A DNA stretch of 64,000 nucleotides from Verrucomicrobiaceae bacterium (lineage in GTDB: Bacteria > Verrucomicrobiota > Verrucomicrobiia > Verrucomicrobiales > Akkermansiaceae): NCBI GenBank assembly GCA_027487355.1, contig JAIYDT010000470.1:10199-74198 (forward strand), in the 5' to 3' direction. Position numbers and translations under genes: made by a program. The notes beneath the pieces were generated by a model, which was not told the origin of the DNA, made no database searches, and saw only the letters and a list, made by a program, of their open reading frames with translations. Positions 9,789-18,172 of the stretch are shown here, one piece after another. Numbering within the stretch: position 1 is the stretch's first letter; each line of letters starts with the position of its first letter.

Positions 9789-11234
9789 ATGAACCCGTCC
9801 GACTCCCTAACCGCAACACCCAAGGTTGCCATCTACTGGGACTTCGAGAACATCCACGCCTCACTCTACGAACAAGAGATCGGACGATACAGAGAATCTC
9901 GCTACCGCACCCAGGATGAATTGGTCGAAGTCGGGGCGATCATGGACTTCGCTCGGTCACTTGGGAGCGTCTGTATCAACAGGGCTTACTGCAACTGGTC
10001 GTTCTACTACTGCTACTCGGACGCACTGACCGGGCACGGTGTTTCATTGGTACAGTTATTCCCTCGCGGTCAGCACGGTAAGAACGGGGCGGACATCCAG
10101 ATGTGCGTGGACATGGTCGAGGATTTCCTCCGCTTAGACTTGGACGTCTGCGTCATCGTGAGCGGCGACAGCGATTATATCGGAGCAGCCCAGAAAATTC
10201 GGCAATATGGTAAACGGGTGATCGGTGTGGGCGTCCGGGATTGCACCAATCGCTACTTCCAGCGGGTTTGTGACGAATTCAAGTTCTACGACACTCTTGT
10301 CCAATCCGAGGCCGCCGCACCGCTCGCCATCTACGAATCCGGCACCATGGATTTTGATGCCGCCCGGCAACTTCTGGTTGCCGCGGTCAATCGACTCGTC
10401 GCACAAACCGGGGAACCTGCGATTCTCAAGGCGCGGGTCAAGCCGATGATGCTTCGTCTGGAGCCGACCTTCGATGAAAGAGGAGTCAAGCGTAACGGCG
10501 ATGGAAATGGATTCGCAGACTTCACCTCGTTCCTGAATGCCTGCGAGGACATCATCATCGAGTCGGCGGGACAATCCGATCACACCATCCAAATCCGGGA
10601 GGGTGCGACCGATGATTTTGCCAGGGGGCCCATTTCCGACGAAAGGCGGCAAGCGTGCCGTCGATTGATTGTTGCCGCCATGACCTACCGTCTTGGCACC
10701 GGGCAGCTCGCGATTTTGCTCAGTGGTCTCAAGGTGGCCATTAAGCGCTTGGAGCCTGAATTCGATGAAAAGGCCCTGGGGGCGCGCAACTTCCTCACGT
10801 TCTTGACCTGGTTTCCCGACATCGTCCGCATCCATGGCGACGGTGAACGACGAACTGTCGAACTGTTGGTGGAAAAGAATACTGGCGGGTTTGAACTCCC
10901 CGAACCAGGTCGCAGGTCAGACACGAAACCGCCGGAACGGCAATGTATCGAGGCTGCTATGGCTTTCATGTTCGGATCTCTCCGCGATGAACCCGCGATG
11001 AATTGGCCTGAATACTTTGATCGGTTGAAGTCCCACATGGAACGCAGTGGTTTTAGCGGTGAAGCCGATGACCATCGTGCGATCAAGAAGATGCTATGGG
11101 ACGCCGGTGCGTTCAGGTTGCTACCAAAACATGGAGGGATCACAGTAGCAGAACACTTCCAGACATTCGAAGCACTTCGGGACCATGTCCTCCGACACAT
11201 GGAAACGGACCAGACGGATTTTGACGAAGCATAG
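9789..11234 (+). CDS. NYN (LabA/DUF88 PIN-like) domain protein with OST-HTH/LOTUS repeats
   Basis: YWDFENI, KNGADIQM.VD, IVSGDSDY and GKRVIGVG motifs; two LEP.FDE....F..FL LOTUS-like repeats. Confidence 0.88.
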   Translation: MNPSDSLTATPKVAIYWDFENIHASLYEQEIGRYRESRYRTQDELVEVGAIMDFARSLGSVCINRAYCNWSFYYCYSDALTGHGVSLVQLFPRGQHGKNGADIQMCVDMVEDFLRLDLDVCVIVSGDSDYIGAAQKIRQYGKRVIGVGVRDCTNRYFQRVCDEFKFYDTLVQSEAAAPLAIYESGTMDFDAARQLLVAAVNRLVAQTGEPAILKARVKPMMLRLEPTFDERGVKRNGDGNGFADFTSFLNACEDIIIESAGQSDHTIQIREGATDDFARGPISDERRQACRRLIVAAMTYRLGTGQLAILLSGLKVAIKRLEPEFDEKALGARNFLTFLTWFPDIVRIHGDGERRTVELLVEKNTGGFELPEPGRRSDTKPPERQCIEAAMAFMFGSLRDEPAMNWPEYFDRLKSHMERSGFSGEADDHRAIKKMLWDAGAFRLLPKHGGITVAEHFQTFEALRDHVLRHMETDQTDFDEA

Positions 11235-11267
11235 ACTGGGCCTGCGGTGAAAACAGACCATCCTCCC

Positions 11268-11346
11268 CAACATCCTCTCCGTGCAAAGCAGCAAGAGCCT
11301 TGAGTTCCGCTCCGTGATCTTCATCGGCCTCGGCCAAATCGAAACC
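11268..11346 (+). pseudogene. UvrD/SF1 helicase remnant (motif V)
   Basis: ILSVQSSKSLEFRSVIFIGL matches the T/S-x-H-x-S-K-G-L-E-F pattern. Confidence 0.65.
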
Positions 11347-11349
11347 TTC

Positions 11350-11520
11350 GGACGCCCCCTTGCACCGATCGCGATGTACTCGAAGGAATCCTCTGGGTGC
11401 TCAAAACCGGCGCGCGATGGAGGGATGTCCCCACGTCACTTCCAAGCACGTCGACCTGCTGGCGGCGGTTGCGCGAGTGGGAGGAGGATGGCGTCTGGTA
11501 TCAGGTGTGGAGGAGCTTCA
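11350..11520 (+). mobile_element. IS5-family transposase N-terminal fragment (DUF4096-like)
   Basis: GRP...DRDVLEGILWVLKTGARWRDVP...STCWRRLREWEEDGVW; truncated, with no DDE domain. Confidence 0.8.
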
Positions 11521-11523
11521 TTT

Positions 11524-11628
11524 CCCCGCTCAACGCGATGATGGAGCGAGCAGGACATCTACAGCCGGACCAAGGAAGTCTTCGCTCACTTCGGCCTGCC
11601 GTATGAGACGGACCCGCCGGAGGAGTGA
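11524..11628 (+). repeat. Imperfect direct repeat, copy 2
   Basis: Homologous to 8918-9025. Its GTGA end overlaps the start of the methyltransferase ORF. Confidence 0.85.
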
Positions 11629-13658
11629 CGCCGACCAATCCGAGTGATAAAAGATCGCTCGTGACCACGAGTGAATACCGCCAATCCCTGGATTTACTGC
11701 CCTTCGGCAAGCGACTTCCCGGCGCCGTCTATCTAGTCGATCCGGGAGACGACTCTCGCATTCCATCGCTGCTTCGCATCACCGTAGCGGAACTGAGGAA
11801 GCGGTTGAATATTGGTGCAGAGTTCAACCTGCTGAAATTCCACACGTCCTCTCCGAAGATCTCGTTTCTCGCCTATCCGGACTTCGAACGTCACGCACAC
11901 CCGGCATTGTCGGAGTCTGTCATCGTGGATCTGGTGACTGGCAAGATTCGCCGCGACGACTATCGCGTTCGTGCCAACCCTCCAATTCTCCATCGCAAGG
12001 AAACCTTCCTGCCTACGGAACATCCACTGCATGGAAGGTTCGCCAAACTCACTCGGCAGGAGGAAGCTGCCGGATTGCTTGAGGATGCTGCCCGCATCGG
12101 TTTCCGCCTAAACTGGGAGCGCATTCTGGCAGAGAAGGGTCTCGGATTCAAAGGGCATTGCCTCGTCGAAAGCGGAGTACCGGCCTCCACTGCTGTCTCC
12201 GCCCCGCCGAAAAGGAAGATTCACCGCCACAAGACGGCCCTGGTTCGACGGGAAATCTCCAAGCCTGTCAAAACCCTGCTCGAACTTGGCCAACTTCGGA
12301 GGGGTGAATCGTTCTTCGACTACGGCTGCGGCCATGGAGGCGATGTCGAAGCAATCGAGAAGCTCGGGCACGAATCAGGTGGCTGGGACCCCGTCCATGC
12401 CCCAGAAGCCGAGAGACGAACTGCCGACATAGTCAACCTTGGCTTCGTGCTGAACGTCATCGAAGACCCAGCAGAGCGAGTGGAAACACTGCTCGACGCG
12501 TGGAAGCGTACTCGCCGTGCTCTTCTTGTCTCCACGCTGATTGCGGGCCAGGAAGCCTACGATGACATCCAGACATTTGGCGACGGCGTCCTCACCAGCC
12601 GAGACACCTTTCAGAAGTTCTTCGAGCCATCGGAGATCCAAGCACTTCTTGAAGACACACTTCAAACGGAAGCTGTTCCTGTTGGGCTGGGCATTTATCT
12701 GGTCTTCCGTGAAAGCGCCGAACTTCACGACTTTCTAGCCCAGCGTTCGCGGCGTTTCATCGATTGGGAATCTCTCTCGCGGAAGCTGGGACTGCTTCGG
12801 GCTCTGAAATCAAAGCGCGATCCCTACGATACCCACCGAGAGCTTCTCGATGCCTATTGGGAATCCGTCCTCGAACTTGGAAGGATGCCACGCGACGAGG
12901 AATTTGATCGTCTCGCAGAAGTTCGCCAAGCCTGCGGCTCTCTCCCTCGTGCACTTCAGCTCTTCATTGACCGCTTCGGCGAACCCACCTTTGCCGCAGC
13001 TCGTTTGAGGCGAAAAGAAGACCTGCTCGTCTTCATCGCCGCTGCCCAACTTCGTCGGAAGATCCCGTTCAATCAGCTTTCTCTCCGCCTCCAGCGTGAC
13101 CTTCGCTCATTCTTCGGCAGCTACGCCAATGCGGAGGAAAAGGCACGTGAGCTTATGTTCGCAGCCGGTGATGAGGACGAGCTGGAGATCGCCGTCGGCC
13201 AGCTCAACTTCGGACACCTCGATCCCAAAGAAGGTCATTTCACCATCCACCGCAGCCTGCTCGACGAACTGCCAGCCATCCTACGCGTTTACGTCGAATG
13301 CGCCGCGCGACTCTACGGTAATCCACGCGAGAGCGATCTCATCAAATTCCACCTGCAATCCCGAAAGCTTACATTCCACTACTACCGGGACTTCGAGAAG
13401 GATCCTCTTCCCGAGCTACTCACGCGCATCAAGATTGATCTCAAACGTCTCTTCGTCTCCGTCATCGACCACACGACAGGCCTTGAACATCAGCTTCTGT
13501 TTTTCAAGGAACGCTTCCTCGCTAAGGACCACCCGGACCGTTCGAAGATGGAACGCTTCAGCAAAAAGCTCTTTAGCATCGGCCTCCGAAAGGAAACCAT
13601 CGGATACGGACCCTCAAAGGAAAAGTGGGAGGCATTCGTTTCAAACACGATCGACTAA
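11625..13658 (+). CDS. DNA phosphorothioation-associated putative methyltransferase (TIGR04096-like)
   Basis: HRHKTAL, SKPV, FDYGCGHGGD, GWDP, DIVNLGFVLNVIEDPAER, TFQKFF and NPPILHRKE motifs; lies next to dnd genes. Confidence 0.88.
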   Translation: MTPTNPSDKRSLVTTSEYRQSLDLLPFGKRLPGAVYLVDPGDDSRIPSLLRITVAELRKRLNIGAEFNLLKFHTSSPKISFLAYPDFERHAHPALSESVIVDLVTGKIRRDDYRVRANPPILHRKETFLPTEHPLHGRFAKLTRQEEAAGLLEDAARIGFRLNWERILAEKGLGFKGHCLVESGVPASTAVSAPPKRKIHRHKTALVRREISKPVKTLLELGQLRRGESFFDYGCGHGGDVEAIEKLGHESGGWDPVHAPEAERRTADIVNLGFVLNVIEDPAERVETLLDAWKRTRRALLVSTLIAGQEAYDDIQTFGDGVLTSRDTFQKFFEPSEIQALLEDTLQTEAVPVGLGIYLVFRESAELHDFLAQRSRRFIDWESLSRKLGLLRALKSKRDPYDTHRELLDAYWESVLELGRMPRDEEFDRLAEVRQACGSLPRALQLFIDRFGEPTFAAARLRRKEDLLVFIAAAQLRRKIPFNQLSLRLQRDLRSFFGSYANAEEKARELMFAAGDEDELEIAVGQLNFGHLDPKEGHFTIHRSLLDELPAILRVYVECAARLYGNPRESDLIKFHLQSRKLTFHYYRDFEKDPLPELLTRIKIDLKRLFVSVIDHTTGLEHQLLFFKERFLAKDHPDRSKMERFSKKLFSIGLRKETIGYGPSKEKWEAFVSNTID

Positions 13659-13803
13659 GTCGTCGAGTTGAAAGCCAGGTCAGGAATCCACAGGGCCATG
13701 GACGAACTCGCGCGAACATTCAAATTTTTCTCGCTTGGGTAATGGATCTGCGGGTTTAAATTGTCCGTGTGAATAGCACCTTTGCGACCCCAGAATTTGA
13801 AAT

Positions 13804-15312
13804 ATGAAGGCATTGTTACCAAAGCTCGCATGGTTGGTATCAGGGGTGCTGCTGATTTGCGTCGTGATCGCATTCCTAGCATTACGCAACGATTCTGTGC
13901 GTGGTTTCCTTACCGCTCCATCGAGCGCCGACGGGCCGCCCGTTTGGCTGGAATTACTCAAAGCAATTGTTCCTGCCCTAGCTGCTTTGATTGCCGTGGC
14001 GGGAGTCATTTTTACGCTAGTTCAGGGATTTGCCAAAGGAGAGATTGACGCGAGATACGCGTATGCTGGTAAAATATTCGACTACAGAATACGGCAGCTG
14101 ACTGAGCTTTATGCTCCTTTACATATCCACATCAGACAAAGCAAATTCTTGTATGATAAACTCCTGGAGGCACTACGGGAACTGAAAGAAACCGAAACGT
14201 TCAAGCCAATTAAACTGAATGATTTCAGGTTGCTCCATCACATCCATCTAATTTTCCACGACAGCAATTATGATTCAATTAAGCCTTTGGTTCAAAAGAT
14301 CCTAGATACAGGGAAGTCAATGACCGAGATAATTTCGAAAAATGCAGGGCTAATAGAAGGGACGCGGACCTACAATTTGACATACTATAAGGCGCATTTT
14401 GAAATGTTGGACGCTGCCAAAGATGTAAAACCTACCGAGAATCAACTCAGAAGTGAATTTGGAGTTTACCCAAACATCTTGAATCGCGAGGTAGCAGAAG
14501 GATTCAAGGAGGTGATGCGCCATATCCGGGCTTACATGGAGACTGGTGACGAAGTGATTTGGGGTCTACTCGGACAAAAATACGAAAGTCGTCGAGAGGA
14601 GATCGCAATGTATTTGGATAATCTCGAATGGTATGAGACTCATGCCAAGGAATACACTGATCGATGGAATGACTTTGATACTTCTTCAATAGCAACAGAG
14701 TTCCTGAAGGCGTTGGGAGGTAATGAAGAAAAGATGTTTACTCCGCGCGAAGGATTGAAGCTTCTCGATGCTGGTTGTGGCCCTGGACGGGATGTGGAAT
14801 TCTTTTTGAGGAAAGGATTCAATGTTGATGGGTTCGATTTTTCTCCGGCTATGGTCCGAATCACTAAAAGAAGACTGCGCGAGCTACAATCTGATCCACA
14901 AGTAGGCGAGAGAGCAAAAGAGTGTGAGATTTCTGTTTCATCATTCGATGAAATTCAAGCAATTGGATCTTATGATGGAATCTGGGCATCAGCGTCACTC
15001 CTCCACGTCCCAAGGCGCGATTTCGAGAGCAGCCTGCGCCGATTAGCGAGATCCTTAAAGAGAGACGGAGTAATTTTCATGTCATTTAAGGCTGGGGGCA
15101 AAGACTCAATCTGGGACTCACGCCACTATTCAAACTACACAGAAGAGAGCTTGCGTAAGCTGGTTGGAAATATTTCCGAGCTGAAGATCGTTAGATGCTG
15201 GTGCATTGGGCGAAATGGCAAGGAAATGGGGTGGTGGGAGTCGCGCAGAGCTCAAAGGTCATCCAACGGCGATAGCTGTTGGATTCAGGTGCTTGCAAGA
15301 AAGTCCGATTGA
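13804..15312 (+). CDS. Membrane-anchored protein with a C-terminal class I SAM-dependent methyltransferase
   Basis: Two N-terminal TM segments; LLDAGCGPGRD, GFDFS, YDGIWASASLLHV and FMSFK motifs. Visibly more AT-rich than its neighbours. Confidence 0.8.
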   Translation: MKALLPKLAWLVSGVLLICVVIAFLALRNDSVRGFLTAPSSADGPPVWLELLKAIVPALAALIAVAGVIFTLVQGFAKGEIDARYAYAGKIFDYRIRQLTELYAPLHIHIRQSKFLYDKLLEALRELKETETFKPIKLNDFRLLHHIHLIFHDSNYDSIKPLVQKILDTGKSMTEIISKNAGLIEGTRTYNLTYYKAHFEMLDAAKDVKPTENQLRSEFGVYPNILNREVAEGFKEVMRHIRAYMETGDEVIWGLLGQKYESRREEIAMYLDNLEWYETHAKEYTDRWNDFDTSSIATEFLKALGGNEEKMFTPREGLKLLDAGCGPGRDVEFFLRKGFNVDGFDFSPAMVRITKRRLRELQSDPQVGERAKECEISVSSFDEIQAIGSYDGIWASASLLHVPRRDFESSLRRLARSLKRDGVIFMSFKAGGKDSIWDSRHYSNYTEESLRKLVGNISELKIVRCWCIGRNGKEMGWWESRRAQRSSNGDSCWIQVLARKSD

Positions 15313-15357
15313 GCCTGATTTCCGAGAGAGTTCTGAATAGCTCTCGAAACTGGGCAT

Positions 15358-16494
15358 TCAAGTAAGACGGGAAATACGTTCTGCCACCGCCTCCCAATCG
15401 ACCTCTGGAGTCAGGTGGCACCAGCTCAGTCGGATGGCTTCGTTCGCTTCGTCATCACTGTAACCCATCGCCTTGATCACATGGCTGGGTGTGTAGCTGC
15501 TGGAGGTGCAGGCGGAGCCATTTGAAATCGCCACCAGATCCTTGAGTGCCACAATGAGAGCCTCGGAGTCGATTCCGGGGAAGGCGAGATTCAACACATG
15601 ATCCATCGTCTCCTCTGGCCTTCCGTGAATGCGAGGTGCCAGTGAAGAGAACGCGGCCAGCGCGGCCTGTTTTAGCTTGCGGCAGTGTTCGCGGCGTTTC
15701 TCATGCTGTTTGAGGGCAACTTCCGCAGCCATGCCTAGAGCCGCGACATGAGCCACAGGAAGAGTGCCGGGACGCAGTCCTCGCTCTTGGCCGCCACCGT
15801 AGAACAGCGGCTTGAGCGGCGGGCGGTCGTAGCCTCGCCGACGTAGGACGAGTGCACCGATACCTTTAGGCGCAAATACCTTGTGGCCACTCACCGAGAT
15901 GAGGTCGATCCGACCATTATGTAAGGGCTCGATGTCCTTCCCGAATGCCTGCGCGGCATCGGTATGGAAAAAGGCCTCATGCCCTTCAAGAATCTTGGAG
16001 ATCTCCCCCAACGGCTGTCTTACCCCGGTCTCATTGTTTGAGGCCATGACTGAAACCAGCAAGGTATCCGATCGTAGCGCCTGAGCGAGCTGTCCCACGT
16101 CCACGCGCCCTTGATTGTCTGAATTCAGCCAAGTCACTTCGAAGCCCCGTTTCTCCAAGGCTTCCAGCGGCTCGATCACCGCTTTGTGCTCCAGCCGTGT
16201 TCCGATCAGGTGTAGCTTACCGGTCTCCTTGCCGTGTTCCGCCAAGCCCAGAATCGCCAGGTTATTGGACTCCGTGGCTCCGCTCGTAAAGATCACCTCG
16301 TCACGCTTCGCTCCCACCACGGACGCAACTTGGTCGCGGGCCTTCTGGACGGCTTGCTTGGCTCGGGATCCAAATTCATGGGTCCGACTTCCTTCGTTCC
16401 CGAATTCCTCAGTGAGGTAGTGAAACAGCACGTGCCGCACTTCCGGATCTAGCGGGGCCGTTGCATTGCAGTCGAGGTAAACAGGAGAGACCAT
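15358..16494 (-). CDS. dndA: Cysteine desulfurase DndA
   Basis: YLDCNAT, FTSGATESNN, HTDAAQ, SGHK (PLP lysine), SNGSACTS (catalytic Cys); divergent from dndBCDE. Confidence 0.93.
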   Translation of the reverse strand: MVSPVYLDCNATAPLDPEVRHVLFHYLTEEFGNEGSRTHEFGSRAKQAVQKARDQVASVVGAKRDEVIFTSGATESNNLAILGLAEHGKETGKLHLIGTRLEHKAVIEPLEALEKRGFEVTWLNSDNQGRVDVGQLAQALRSDTLLVSVMASNNETGVRQPLGEISKILEGHEAFFHTDAAQAFGKDIEPLHNGRIDLISVSGHKVFAPKGIGALVLRRRGYDRPPLKPLFYGGGQERGLRPGTLPVAHVAALGMAAEVALKQHEKRREHCRKLKQAALAAFSSLAPRIHGRPEETMDHVLNLAFPGIDSEALIVALKDLVAISNGSACTSSSYTPSHVIKAMGYSDDEANEAIRLSWCHLTPEVDWEAVAERISRLT

Positions 16495-16579
16495 CTTGGG
16501 ACAATTGTTTGCTTATTTTGAAATAAATTTGACAAACTTATAGCGTATTTTACCAAAACGCCGTCGACGTTTTCGCGAA
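16495..16579. promoter_or_regulatory. AT-rich divergent promoter region between dndA and the dndB operon
   Basis: TTGACA at 16529-16534 and palindrome TTATTT-TG-AAATAA at 16513-16526. Confidence 0.5.
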
Positions 16580-16990
16580 GTGCGTCGATTCAACCCCTCT
16601 AAGCGAACCGTGCAAGTTGAAAACCCCACCCCACAAGGAAACGCCGCTTTGATCGCCGAAGCGACGGGAGCAAAGGACGACATCCTTCCGATCCTGGAAG
16701 AAATAATGCGCAGCGAAGTCTTTCACAGCACGCTCGATTGGCAGTCGGCCGCAGAGTTTCGAAGCGGTGCGAGAAAGGCCTATCGGCTCTATCTGGCGGA
16801 CAAGGCTTTCTACGACGCCAACGCTCGCTGGCGTCGATCGGTCTTCCGAACCTTGGTCGCTGAGCAAACACTCGCCCAACTGCGCGAACAATTGCCGGCT
16901 GCGAAAGTTATCGCGGCGGCCGAAGCGGCATTGGAAAGTGCGCGTTTTGAAGAGGCTGCTGCCCGCGCTTCTCTTGGCGAAATCTCCTGA
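16580..16990 (+). CDS. Hypothetical helical protein upstream of dndB
   Basis: 136-aa Ala/Glu/Arg-rich ORF that fills the dndA-dndB gap and ends 14 nt before dndB. Confidence 0.5.
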   Translation: MRRFNPSKRTVQVENPTPQGNAALIAEATGAKDDILPILEEIMRSEVFHSTLDWQSAAEFRSGARKAYRLYLADKAFYDANARWRRSVFRTLVAEQTLAQLREQLPAAKVIAAAEAALESARFEEAAARASLGEIS

Positions 16991-17004
16991 CATTTTCCAA
17001 TGCC

Positions 17005-18096
17005 ATGGATCCCACTGAACCCCATTTCAGCTTTCCTGTGATTCGCGGCCTTCAGGCTCGAAGGGAGTATTACGTAGCAATGTGGACACTCCGGAATCTT
17101 TCCAAGATCTCCATTTACGACGAGGACGAGGTCCCGGCCGAAATGCGTGCCCAACGCACTCTCAACAGCGCGAGAATCCCAGAGATTGCCGACTACATCC
17201 TGGACAACCCTGAAGACTACGTTTTCTCCGCACTGACCGTTTCCATCGATTCCGAAGTCGCCTTTGAGAAAATGGATGAACAGGGCAAGCTTGGCATGCT
17301 CAGAGTGCCGATGGGAGCACGGTTCATCATAAACGACGGGCAGCATCGACGGGCTGCTATCAAGGCGGCCTTGGACCAAAGACCCGAACTCGGCCACGAG
17401 ACTATCGCAATCGTCTTCTTCCTAGATTTCGGCTTGCAGCGTTCACAGCAGATGTTTTCGGACTTGAACCGCCACGCCATCAGGCCGAGTCGGTCACTTG
17501 GGCTCCTCTACGACCACCGGAGCGAGAAGGCCAAACTGGCAAAACTCGTGGTTTTCGAATCGGACAAGTTCCGTGACATCGTCGAGACGGAACGGACCTC
17601 CCTAGCCAAACGATCTCGGAAGTTGTTCACGCTTTCAGCATTTTACAATGCATGCGCTGACCTTCTAGCTGGCCTTGCCACCGGCAACCTCTCGGAGGAT
17701 GCCCGTCGTGCACGCGAGTTTTGGGAAGAGGTAGCCGACCATTTCCCTTCATGGGCTCAGGTGCGCGAAGACCGCATGCCTGCAAGCGAGATCCGGGAGG
17801 GATACCTACACTCCCATGGCATCGCCCTCCAGGCACTTGGAAAGGCCGGGAATGCCCTCCTTGTTGAGCGCCCCAAGGACTGGCGCAAGAGCCTTGCCGC
17901 CCTAGAGAAGATCGATTGGTCGCGGAAAAACTCGAAAGTCTGGGAAGGACGAGCCATGAACCTCGGCGTCGTCCAGAAGAAAACCTCGAACATCGTCCTC
18001 ACAACCAACGTGATCAAACAGGCACTGGGTTTGTCGCTTACCGAGGAGGAACGGGAACTTGAACAGGCCCACAACAAGGAGAAGCGTCGACGCTGA
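17005..18096 (+). CDS. dndB: DNA sulfur modification regulator DndB
   Basis: RAQRTLN, YVFSALTVS, INDGQHRRAAI, QQMFSDLN and LYDHR motifs. Confidence 0.95.
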   Translation: MDPTEPHFSFPVIRGLQARREYYVAMWTLRNLSKISIYDEDEVPAEMRAQRTLNSARIPEIADYILDNPEDYVFSALTVSIDSEVAFEKMDEQGKLGMLRVPMGARFIINDGQHRRAAIKAALDQRPELGHETIAIVFFLDFGLQRSQQMFSDLNRHAIRPSRSLGLLYDHRSEKAKLAKLVVFESDKFRDIVETERTSLAKRSRKLFTLSAFYNACADLLAGLATGNLSEDARRAREFWEEVADHFPSWAQVREDRMPASEIREGYLHSHGIALQALGKAGNALLVERPKDWRKSLAALEKIDWSRKNSKVWEGRAMNLGVVQKKTSNIVLTTNVIKQALGLSLTEEERELEQAHNKEKRRR

Positions 18097-18172
18097 ATCC
18101 TTTTCGCCCCCCCCCCCGCAAACCTTCTGGTTCAGCGCCCTAACAGTCGGACCGGACAACAGTCTATTCATC

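Noticed and set aside
18059-18172. Upstream start for dndC
   Set aside because: It overlaps dndB and runs through the poly-C tract; the ATG at 18173 is preferred.
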